This document shows, in pieces, positions 50,497-60,073 of a stretch of 64,000 nucleotides of DNA; position 1 is the first letter of the stretch; each line of letters opens with the position of its first letter. Position numbers and translations under genes: made by a program. Under the pieces are notes generated by a model. It did no database searches and was not told where the DNA came from. It saw only the letters and a program-made list of their open reading frames with translations. Origin of the DNA: an uncultured Chloroflexia bacterium (GTDB lineage: Bacteria; Chloroflexota; Chloroflexia; Thermomicrobiales; UBA6265); assembly GCA_963724295.1 (NCBI GenBank), contig CAVRUC010000002.1:224001-288000 (forward strand), read 5' to 3'.

Positions 50497-51519
50497 GTGG
50501 AGCCATTCCGCCTCTTCGCCGCCACCGGCGATGCCGTCGCCCAGCTCGATAGCCTCAATGGGGAGACCATTGACGTCTCGCTCAACCTCGAGGGCCGGGG
50601 CGTCATGTGTGTCGCCGTCGATCCCCATGATCCGGAGCGGATATTCGCCGGTACCTTCGACCGGGGGATCTACCGCAGCCGCGACGGCGGAGACGTCTGG
50701 GAGTCGGTGGGGGCGGGGATGGCCGACGCGCGGGTCCTCTCGATCGCGATCTCCCCGTGCGACTGGGTCAATGGGCGATCGGTGGTCTTTGCCGGGACCG
50801 AGCCCAGCATGCTCGTTCGCTCGGAAGATGAGGGCGACACCTGGCAGCCGTCTCCGGCGCTCACCGAGCTGCCGAGCGTGCCGACCTGGTCGTTTCCACC
50901 CCGGCCCTACACGCACCACGTGCGCTGGATCGGTCTGCACCCGACCGACCCCGCCACGATCTATACCGGTATCGAGCTGGGCGGGGTGATGATCACGCGG
51001 GACGGTGGCGCCACCTGGGAGGATCGCAAGCCGGGCTCCCAGCACGACGCCCACGCTATCGCTACTCACCCGGCGGCGCCGGACCGCGTCTACGAAGCGG
51101 GAGGCGGTGGCGTGGCATTTTCCGGCGACGCCGGGGTGACCTGGCGCCCTGTGGACGAGGGGATGGACCGGCACTACACCTGGGGGCTGGCGATCGACGC
51201 CGTGGACCCTGACCTCTGGTACGTCTCGGCCAGCCATGGCGCGCGTACCGCCCACCGCAACAACGGCGACGCCCAAGCAATCCTCTACCGGAAGCGAGGC
51301 GACGCGCCGTGGGAAGCGCTCGGTGGGAACGGTTCGGGGCTGGAGCGCCCGCTGTCCTACATGCCGTACGCGCTCATCGCCCTACGGGATCGGCCGAACA
51401 CGCTTATCGCCGGCTTGCAGAACGGCGACCTGCTCCTGACTGATGACGCCGGAGAGAGCTGGCATACCCTCCACACCGGTCTCGACGGCCTGCTGGCGCT
51501 CAGCGAGAGCGCTCTCTAA
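50497..51519 (+). CDS. BNR/Asp-box beta-propeller protein
   Basis: Repeated S/TxDxGxxW boxes (SRDGGDVW, SEDEGDTW, TRDGGATW, SGDAGVTW). Confidence 0.88.
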   Translation: MEPFRLFAATGDAVAQLDSLNGETIDVSLNLEGRGVMCVAVDPHDPERIFAGTFDRGIYRSRDGGDVWESVGAGMADARVLSIAISPCDWVNGRSVVFAGTEPSMLVRSEDEGDTWQPSPALTELPSVPTWSFPPRPYTHHVRWIGLHPTDPATIYTGIELGGVMITRDGGATWEDRKPGSQHDAHAIATHPAAPDRVYEAGGGGVAFSGDAGVTWRPVDEGMDRHYTWGLAIDAVDPDLWYVSASHGARTAHRNNGDAQAILYRKRGDAPWEALGGNGSGLERPLSYMPYALIALRDRPNTLIAGLQNGDLLLTDDAGESWHTLHTGLDGLLALSESAL

Positions 51520-51521
51520 GT

Positions 51522-52067
51522 TCAGGCAAAGATCTCCGCGACAGGCACGCTGAATCCGGGAAGCACGTCGCCGCCGTCCAGCGTGTCTCCTGATTGCAAG
51601 ACTCTGGTCGATTTGCCGGACGCAATGACGGTAATCGTGGTCTGCTCCGGATCGACCAGCCAGATCAGCGGGACACCCGCCTCCTGATACATCTCCATTT
51701 TGGCGACCACTTCGCTTGCGCGGTCTGATGAAGAAAGGACCTCTACCACGAGATCGGGTGCGAGGCGGGGGAAGCTTCGGCGTGCTTGACCCTGAGGTGC
51801 TCTCTCTGCCCGGACAAACGCGACGTCCGGAACGCGCACCGTAGGTCGGTCTGGAAAGAGGACAAATCCCCCATCCGCGCCATAGAGGCGCCCCAGACGA
51901 CCGGCGCGCACGTGCGACCACAGTAAGCCGAGGATCGTTGCTCCAACGCTTGATGACTCATCCGCCGACGGCGTCATCTCGACCGGTTCCCCATCGATCA
52001 GCTCCCAGCGACCCTCACGAGGGAAGGTTTCGAACTCTTCAATGGAGATCGGGCGAGTGGCAACCAT
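51522..52067 (-). CDS. Uma2-family endonuclease
   Basis: WELIDG, VPDVAFV, PDLVVEVLS, GVPLIWLVDP. Confidence 0.92.
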   Translation of the reverse strand: MVATRPISIEEFETFPREGRWELIDGEPVEMTPSADESSSVGATILGLLWSHVRAGRLGRLYGADGGFVLFPDRPTVRVPDVAFVRAERAPQGQARRSFPRLAPDLVVEVLSSSDRASEVVAKMEMYQEAGVPLIWLVDPEQTTITVIASGKSTRVLQSGDTLDGGDVLPGFSVPVAEIFA

Positions 52068-52106
52068 GGAGACTACATCCCTACATGCCGGGTACCGGCC
52101 TCATGC

Positions 52107-53678
52107 TCAGTCCGCCGCCGCGACTGCCTCGCGCTCCCGCTCCTTCACCTCGACCGCGTGCTCGGGTCGCCAGCGCAGGTTGAGCGCGCGGTTGGCTGCG
52201 ACCTCGTCCAGCCGCTTGTACTCCGTGGTGTGCGGCGCCTGCTGCACCACCTCCGGCGTCTCGGCGGCCTCGTGCGCGATCTGGCGCATGACGCCGATGA
52301 AGTGATCGAGCGACTCGATCGACTCCGTCTCCGTCGGCTCGATCATCAGCGCCTCGGGGACGACCAGCGGGAAGTAGACCGTCGGCGGATGGATGCCGAA
52401 GTCGAGGATGCGCTTGGCGATGTCGAGGGCTCGTACCCCTTGCGCCTTCTGCCGGGTGGCGGAGAAGACCGTCTCGTGCATGCAGGTGCGGTCGCCGAAC
52501 GGCTGATCATAGAGATCGCGCAGGCTGGCCCGGATGTAGTTGGCGGCGAGGACGGCATCCTCGCTCACCTGGCGTAGCCCGGCCGCGCCGTGCATGCGGA
52601 TGTAGGTGTAGGCGCGGACGAACATGCCGAAGTTGCCGTGGAAGGCGTGCAAGCGACCTATGCTCTCCTCCGGCTGGAAGAGCTCGAAACGGTCGGAGGT
52701 CGGAGGTCGGAGGTCGGATGACCGAGGTTCGGAATCCTTCTCTCTTCCGACTCCCGACTCCCGACCTCCGACTCGTCTCACCCGCGGGCCGGGCAGGAAC
52801 TTCGCCAGATCCTGGCGCACGCCGACCGGTCCCGAGCCGGGACCGCCGCCGCCATGTGGGGTGGAGAAGGTCTTGTGCAGATTGAAGTGCATGATGTCGA
52901 TGCCGAGATCCCCGGGTCGCGCGATACCGAGAATGGCGTTGAAATTCGCGCCGTCGTTGTAGACCAGACCGCCCGCCTGGTGGACGGCCGCGACGATCTC
53001 CTCGATGTGCTCGTCCCACAACCCGAGGGTGTTGGGGTTGGTGATCATCAGCCCGGCGGTGTCCGGGCCAACGGCCGCCCGCAGCGCCTCCAGATCGCAG
53101 TTGCCGCGCGCATCCGAAGGGATCGTCACGACCTGGAATCCGGCCATCACCGCGGTCGCGGGGTTCGTGCCATGGGCGCTGTCCGGGACCAGGATCTTGG
53201 TGCGTCCGGTATCGCCGTGGGACAGATGCCAGGCGCGGATGACGAGGCAGCCGGTCAGCTCGCCCTGGGCGCCGGCCACGGGCTGCAACGCGACCTCGTC
53301 GAAACCCGATATCTCACCCAGCATCTCCTGCAGCTCACACATCAGCTGCAATGCGCCCTGGACGGTGCTGGGGTCCTGGTACGGGTGGATATTGGCGAAG
53401 CCCGGCAGCCGAGCGACGACCTCGTTGATCTTGGGGTTGTACTTCATCGTGCAGGATCCCAGGGGGTACATGCCGATGTCGATGGCATGGTTCTTCTGGG
53501 AGAGACGCGTGTAGTGCCGGATGACGTCGATCTCGCTGACCTCAGGCCAGTCGAGACGCTCGCGCGTCATCCCCTCCGGCAGCGGCGTCTCGGGCACATC
53601 CGGTTCGGGAAAGCGCACGCCGCGCCGCCCGGGTTTGCTCAATTCAAAGATCAGCGGCTCGACCGCCATGCTTGCCAT
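52107..53678 (-). CDS. gcvPB: Glycine dehydrogenase (decarboxylating) subunit 2
   Basis: [47 protein letters not shown]. Confidence 0.95.
   Translation of the reverse strand: MASMAVEPLIFELSKPGRRGVRFPEPDVPETPLPEGMTRERLDWPEVSEIDVIRHYTRLSQKNHAIDIGMYPLGSCTMKYNPKINEVVARLPGFANIHPYQDPSTVQGALQLMCELQEMLGEISGFDEVALQPVAGAQGELTGCLVIRAWHLSHGDTGRTKILVPDSAHGTNPATAVMAGFQVVTIPSDARGNCDLEALRAAVGPDTAGLMITNPNTLGLWDEHIEEIVAAVHQAGGLVYNDGANFNAILGIARPGDLGIDIMHFNLHKTFSTPHGGGGPGSGPVGVRQDLAKFLPGPRVRRVGGRESGVGREKDSEPRSSDLRPPTSDRFELFQPEESIGRLHAFHGNFGMFVRAYTYIRMHGAAGLRQVSEDAVLAANYIRASLRDLYDQPFGDRTCMHETVFSATRQKAQGVRALDIAKRILDFGIHPPTVYFPLVVPEALMIEPTETESIESLDHFIGVMRQIAHEAAETPEVVQQAPHTTEYKRLDEVAANRALNLRWRPEHAVEVKEREREAVAAAD
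52691..52773. repeat. Inverted heptamer-array element inside gcvPB
   Basis: (GGTCGGA)x4, 27-nt spacer, (YCCGACY)x4. Confidence 0.88.
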
Positions 53679-53828
53679 GCTCCCGAACTGACGGGCAGTT
53701 TTCGCCCCGACGATCGCTCAAAACCTCGCGATGGTAGCACGGTCGAGAGGACCCACTTCGCGTCAAGCAAAGGCAAGAAAAGGTGCGTGCTATCCTCGTC
53801 AGACGGCGGATGTAGAGGAGATCACGAC

Positions 53829-54200
53829 ATGCAGATGAAGTTGGAAGTGGTCCACGTCCCTGTTTCGGATGTCGACCGCGCCAAGGCGTTCTATACCGAG
53901 CAGATCGGTTTCAACGCCGATCATGACCACCAGGTCAACGATGAGCTCCGTTTCGTTCAGTTGACCCCGCCCGGGTCCGCCTGCTCGATTGCTATCGGCA
54001 CCGGGCTGACGCAGATGGCGCCGGGCTCGGTCGAAGGGCTGATGATGGTTGTCCCGGACGTGCAAGCGGCGCGCGATGAGCTGATCCGACGCGGCGCCGA
54101 CGTGAGCGAGATCGACGTTCAGGCCTGGGGATCATTTGTCTATTTCAGCGATCCTGACGGGAACTCCTGGGTATTGCAGCAGTTGCCCGATCGCGGCTAG
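53829..54200 (+). CDS. VOC/glyoxalase-family protein
   Basis: VPVSDVDRAKAFY, FSDPDGNSW; GAGGAG RBS. Confidence 0.92.
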   Translation: MQMKLEVVHVPVSDVDRAKAFYTEQIGFNADHDHQVNDELRFVQLTPPGSACSIAIGTGLTQMAPGSVEGLMMVVPDVQAARDELIRRGADVSEIDVQAWGSFVYFSDPDGNSWVLQQLPDRG

Positions 54201-54239
54201 TGGCCTCGCGTTGAAAAGGAGTGATGCGCCGGCTGGAGA

Positions 54240-55463
54240 CTACGCCGGGAGCCCCGCGAAGCGCGGCGGGTCACCGTCCGCGAGCGCGGCCAATTGGGAC
54301 GGGTCCATCCCGTAGCTGGCAGCCAGCACGGCCGGCGGGAATCCCGACAGCACCTGCGAGAGCCCGAGGGCGATGCTCGTGGTCGCGTCGTGGAACAGGA
54401 TGATCTGGGCCGGCTCCGCCCCCACGCTATCGAGGTAATGAAGCCAGTTCACGGGCACGAAGGCCAGATCCCCGGACGTCAACACGTCCGCCTGCGACGC
54501 TCCATTCGGACCGATGATGCCGACCTCGACCTCGCCTGAGAGGACGAAGCAGACCTCGTCCGCGGCCGGGTGCCAGTGCGGTTCGCTGATCGCGTCGGGT
54601 TCGAGCGTCATCAACGTGGTCGTGATGCCGACAAGCGCCGGGATGTCCGCGGCTGTTGCGCCGCTCCCGGCGCTAGGGCCGGTGGACGCTCCCGCCAGGT
54701 CGTCCATGCGGACGGTGTAGCGCGCCGCGGCCGGGTCGTCTGGACCCGTGGGCAGGGCCGCCGTGCCACCCGGCACCGGAGCCACGAACGGCTTGGCCAC
54801 CGTGGGGAACGGCGGGACGTCGCCCAGCGCCACGCCCGCCGCCCTGGCGATCACCGCCGCTGGAAGCGGTGGCATCATCTGCGAAAAATCGATCGTCGCT
54901 GGTTGCTGGTGATCGAAGCCAAGCAGGATGCGTAGCGGCTCGTCGCCGGTCGCCCAGAACGCGTGCGGCAGTCCTTTGGGAGCGAAGAAGACGCTGCCCG
55001 GGTCGAGCGCGAAGGCGACCGCATCCCCATCTTCGTCCAGGAGCACCATCTGACCCACGCCGCCAAGGCACCAGCCGAGCTCGCCGGCATTGTTGTGCCA
55101 GTGCATCTCGCGTGTGTCGTCCGGGCCGACCTCGAACACCGCCAGCGAAAGCCCCGACAGCGCCGGAAACTCCGTGGCTCTGGCGAACCGCACGCTCGCG
55201 CCGGATGCAAAGTCGACCGGGGGCGAGTCGCCGAGCCGGTAGAACAGGGATTCAGCCGCGGCGGAAGGCGGTGTCGCCGGCGCGGTGGGATCCGCGGCCG
55301 TCGGAGTGGACTGCTCGAGCCACGCCTCGGTCCGGGCCGGTCCCGCCGCCAGCAGTGCCCCTACCCCGGCGCCGCCACCAAGCAGCCGCAACGCCGCGCG
55401 CCGGCTGCTCCGCCCTGAGCTCTCGCGGTCGCTACCACCAACCGGGCTGAGCGAATCGTCCAT
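54240..55463 (-). CDS. Tat-exported bicupin (oxalate decarboxylase-like)
   Basis: SRRAALR Tat motif; cupin motifs REMHWHNNAGE and EPHWHPAADE. Confidence 0.85.
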   Translation of the reverse strand: MDDSLSPVGGSDRESSGRSSRRAALRLLGGGAGVGALLAAGPARTEAWLEQSTPTAADPTAPATPPSAAAESLFYRLGDSPPVDFASGASVRFARATEFPALSGLSLAVFEVGPDDTREMHWHNNAGELGWCLGGVGQMVLLDEDGDAVAFALDPGSVFFAPKGLPHAFWATGDEPLRILLGFDHQQPATIDFSQMMPPLPAAVIARAAGVALGDVPPFPTVAKPFVAPVPGGTAALPTGPDDPAAARYTVRMDDLAGASTGPSAGSGATAADIPALVGITTTLMTLEPDAISEPHWHPAADEVCFVLSGEVEVGIIGPNGASQADVLTSGDLAFVPVNWLHYLDSVGAEPAQIILFHDATTSIALGLSQVLSGFPPAVLAASYGMDPSQLAALADGDPPRFAGLPA

Positions 55464-55576
55464 CGCCAACTCTCCTGATCGAAGCGCCAGCATCATTGTC
55501 GGTTCGACATGAATGAAGCGCAGCCACGGCACAGCCCTCAGATGGTGTCAGGGGCTCTGACGATGAACTCAGCAGC

Positions 55577-56819
55577 TCAGGCCTGGCCCGCCACCGCGTC
55601 AGTGTCGTAGCGGTAGCCAAGGGCGGTCGAATCGAGCACGTCGCGCGGGGTGACCATCAGCCCGATGTGGGAGAAGGGCCACATGTGATCGTCGAGGTTG
55701 TGGCCGATCGGTCCTCCGGAGACGGGCAGATACTCTTGCCCGTGGCGCCGCATCCATTCGTTCCAGATGCGATCGATGTTGGCATGGTGCAGCCAGAAGA
55801 CCGGATCGTTGAGCGAGGAATTGGCGGCCATCGTGCCAAACAGGTTGGGACGCGTCATCATCAGCTGCTGGGGTCGCCACCACGGCAGCAGCGGGAGAGC
55901 CATCGGGATTGTGATCACGACCACCTTCGTGAGCGAGCTTGTATTCTCCGGCGATCCAGAGATGAACCCCGTTGTGGAAGTTGTGGGGACCAGTGCAGAC
56001 CGGATAATGCCCGTCTTCGGGATCGCAGCTTTCTGACACGCAATCCTGCCAACCCTCCAGAGCGTTGCGAAAGCTGCTGCCGGGTGTCAGCATCGTGTTC
56101 CAGGGCGCCACATCGTAGACCGGAATTGACAGGGCCACCTCGAGTTGCTCGACCGTCGGCAGATTGGGCGCGAGATGGCCCGCGCCGAACTGGCGAACGA
56201 GGAATGGCAGGCGCTGCTGATCGCTGTAGTCGAAGATGTTGATCGTCCACGCCCCCTTGCGGAACGGTCCGGTGGTGACCGCGTAGTCGGCCGCCGGATC
56301 ACCGTTGCCACCCATGAGGTCGTCGCCCCAGACGGCGGCGTCGTGAGTGTTGTCGACAGTCCAGTCCCAGTAGGGCACCGTCACGGTCGGCTCGATCAAC
56401 CGCAGCTGCTCTTCGAAGAGGAGCACGAACTGCCGGTGCCAGGGGAAGAAGGCCGGACCCATGTGCGCCGCCATCACCGCGCAGCCGAACGCATCCCGGT
56501 GCCAGAGGACGAAGGTGTCGTAGACGCTCAGTCCGTCCACCCAGGGCGAAGGCTTTTTCTTCAATCCCAGCACGGCATCGACGAAGTTCAATTTCTCGTC
56601 GGCGGTCAGCGACGCCGCGTTCTTGCGGACCCGTAGCTCGCCATCCGCGACCGGCGATGCTACCGGCGTCGCGGGCTCGTCCTGTGCCGAGACGGCGCGC
56701 CGCGCGCCGGCGGCGAGGAGGGTGGCGCCGCCGAGTCCGGCGGCGCCACCAAGAAGATGACGCCTGCTCGTTGCCCGGCCGAATAGCCGCGTCACTTGGT
56801 CAAACCGCCGATCATTCAT
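55577..56819 (-). CDS. Tat-exported tyrosinase (1-nt frameshift near 55848)
   Basis: TSRRHLL; AHMGPAFFPWHR, VPYWDW, HNGVH; the CuB segment NDPVFWLHHANIDRIW continues in the next frame. Confidence 0.88.
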
Positions 56820-56854
56820 CCAATGCTCCCTTTTCCGGTGATCCGTGGCGCGAC

Positions 56855-58334
56855 TTACGCGACGACCTCGACGACGCCCATCATGCCCTGATCTTCATGG
56901 TCCAGGAGGTGACAGTGGTAGACAAACTTGCCGGGGAAGTCGAGGAAGCGGGTGCGGATGACGATCTCGCCGAAGGCCGGGATCGGGGTCGTGTCCTCCC
57001 AGGAGTAGGCATCGACCGGCTCCCCATTGATCTCGACGACCTGGAAGTCGTTGACATGGATGTGGAATGGGTGCCAGTCCGGACTGGTATTGCGCAGCAG
57101 CCATTCTTCCGTCGCGCCGAGTTGGACCGTCTGATCGATCCGGTCCTCATCGAACGTGTGGCCATCGATGAGAACCTCGAACGGCTTCATCTCCTCCGAG
57201 AAGATCAGCTCGCGGCGCTTGTCGATCGCCGTTTCGCGAAGGTCCTCGAACTCGATCAGCGTCGTCGGCAGTGGCTCGGGGAGATCAACCGGTCCGGAGC
57301 TGATCAGCGATGCAATCGGGAATGCCTGGTTGAGCCTGAAACTCCAGGTCGGCTCCCCAGGGGAGTGACTGCAGCGCGTAGACCCCTTCCGGGCCGCCCT
57401 GGATGAGCACCTCGACCCTTTCGCCGGGCGCCATCACGATCTGGTCACGACTCCGTACCTCGCGCAGCGGGTTGGCGTCCGAGGCGATCTGATGCAGTTG
57501 ATGGCCATCGAGGGCCAGATTGAGAAACGTGAACGCGCTGGCATTGATGATTCGCCATCGCTGCGTTTCGCCGGGAGCGATCTCAATTGCCGGGTGAGCC
57601 TGACCGTTGACGAAGATAGCGATGACGTCCATTTTGGGGAATGAGATCATCGCGCCGTCGGCATCAAACTGGGTAGCCTGGATCACGAGCAGCCGCTCCG
57701 GGACATCGCGTATCCCCGGAAGTGCATCCAGGGCTCCCTCGACGATCAGCGCTCCGGCCATGCCTCCACTCACCTGATCCGAGGAGTAGCCGTGCATGTG
57801 TGGGTGGTACCAGTAGAGACCCGGTATGTAGAGCCCGGATGCGTCGTCATGAGGAATGGCGTATTCGTAGTTGAAGGTCTCACCCGGCATGAGGTGTACG
57901 AAGACGTTATCGCTGTTGCCCGCTGGCGAGACATGCAAGCCGTGGGTGTGCAGGTTGGTCGGCTGGTCCATCTGGTTGGTGAGCGTGACCCCCAGTGAAT
58001 CGCCGGGATGCAGGCGCATGGTCGGTCCGGGAGCATGCCCATTGAAGGTGTAGGTTGTGACCGCACGTCCGCCCATCACGGCCGGACCGAACTGGGCCTC
58101 GAGCGTGACATCCAATCGCCCATCCGCACTGCGCAGGACCGGTGGCTCCACCAGAGTCGCGCCGACCTCATAGGAGACCGGCGTCGCCGGCTGCTGTTGC
58201 GCGGAAACTACGCGGCGTCCAGCGGTGGTGAGCAAGGTGGCCCCACCGAGCCCCGCGGCGCCACCGAGAAGGTGACGCCTGGTCGTTGCCCGGCGAATCA
58301 GCCGCGTCAGTCGGTCAGAATGGTCCTCGTTCAT
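56855..58334 (-). CDS. Tat-exported multicopper oxidase (1-nt frameshift near 57326)
   Basis: TNLHTHG, YWYHPH, HPFHIH, YHCHLLDHEDQGMM; TTRRHLL signal. Confidence 0.88.
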
Positions 58335-58370
58335 CCGCTGCTCCTTCTGGGTAATTGCGCTCGCCGCTGC

Positions 58371-59795
58371 CTACTCGGCGACATCGACGACCGCCATCAT
58401 CCCGTGGTCCTCGTGGAACAGGATGTGGCAGTGAAAGACGAATTTGCCGGGGTAATCCATGAACGGAATGCGGATGACGACCTCGCCGCCGGCCGGGAGG
58501 ATCACGATGTCCTGAAGATTGGCGGCGTTGTATGGCTGCCCGTTGACCGAGACCACCTGGAAATCGTTGACGTGGATGTGGAACGGGTGTTGCTCCGCCG
58601 TCACGTTGCGGATCGTCCACTCTTCGACCGTACCGAGCTGGACCAGCTCGTCGATCCGATTCGGGTCAAACTGCTGGCCATTGATCTTCAAAGATGGGAT
58701 CGTCGTCGACGTCGTTGAAAAAGATGTCGCGCTCAGTCGCGATGTCGGCCGAGTCGAGGTCGCGGTCCGCGGCAACGCTCGCGGGCAGTGCCGCCGGTGG
58801 TTGCGCATCGCCCTCGATGATCAGCGTCGCGAGCTGGACCTCGGGATAGACGTGATTTCCCTGGTCGTAGATGATCGTCTCGAAGCGTAGGCGCCGACCT
58901 CTCCTGCCTGCACCAGCACGTCGAACCGTTTGCCCGGCGGCAACACCAGCGCGTCCGCGGTGCGTACGTCCCAGACGCGGGTTACCGTCTTCGGCGATGA
59001 CGTGGAACGCGTGGCCGTCAGGTGGAGTTGGTAAAAGATCTCGGCGCCGACGTTGGCCAACCGCCAAAGCTGGGTTTCGCCCGGCGCCATCGTCAGGGAC
59101 GGGTTGATCTGGCCGTTGACGGTTCTCGTCGTCGGATCACGGGGAACGTTTTCCAAGAGAATCGCGCCAGCATCGTCGAGTTGATAGTCTTTCAGCGCGA
59201 ACAGATGCTCGTCGATGCCCTGCAGGTCAGGCGGGAGCTTCTCCTGCAAGCCGTCGATGACGATCACGCCCGACATCCCGCCAAAGACCTGTTCCAGCGC
59301 CAGATGGTGCATGTGCGGGTGATACCAGAAGGTGCCAGTGGGATGATCGAGTGGAATCTCGAGGACGTATCGCGCCGTTTCGCCCGGATTCACCGTGCGA
59401 AAGATGTTGTCCGCTTCGCCCCCCGGTGAGACGTGGAGCCCGTGGAAGTGCAGATTGGTCGGCTCCATCAGGTGATTGACGAGCTCGAGCTCGATCCGCT
59501 CGCCCGGCCGCACGCGCAGCGTCGGTCCGACGAAGGAGCCATTGAAGACCCGGGCCCGGATGGGTTGCCCAGCGATTTCGACCTCTCGCTCTTCGGCGGT
59601 CAACGTCGCCCGCAGCACGCCGTCAACAGCGCGAAGCTCCATCGGTTCGGGGAAGTCGGTCTGCGCCGCCGTTGTCCCTGGCCGAGGCAGATCCACAGAG
59701 GCGACAAGACACAACACGAGCCCGAGCACGGCCAGCGCCACACGAGCGAGGCGACTTGCGGACGGTTGGCGCTTTCTGAAGAACATGACCGCCAC
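58371..59795 (-). CDS. Secreted multicopper oxidase (about four single-base frameshifts, 58697-59020)
   Basis: TNLHFHG, FWYHPH, HPFHIH, FHCHILFHEDHGMM spread across three ORF frames; start uncertain. Confidence 0.85.
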
Positions 59796-60073
59796 TTCGG
59801 GTCATGGCTCATCACCTCCCCGTCGCCTGTCGTTGAGCCGCAACCGCCGCTGACGCGACCGGCCGGCGCTTTGTTTCCCGTGGCCGCCATCGTCGCACTT
59901 GCAGGTGTGGCCGTCAATTGCCAACAGGACCGGAGAAACCACAGGCTCGGCCCCAGCATGAGCCGAGCGACGTTTTCCGCCGGAACCCGTGCCCCACTTG
60001 TGCGCCGACCCAGACCCGGGTAGCGTTCTCTGCTCGTGACAAGATTCATCACCGACGCCTGGGCACGTCCATC

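Noticed and set aside
51522..52067. Uma2 nuclease as part of a defence or mobile system
   Set aside because: Solitary gene with no associated methylase, helicase or transposase
55577..59795. Programmed frameshifting in the copper-enzyme genes
   Set aside because: No slippery heptamers or stimulatory structures; the pattern matches indels elsewhere in the window
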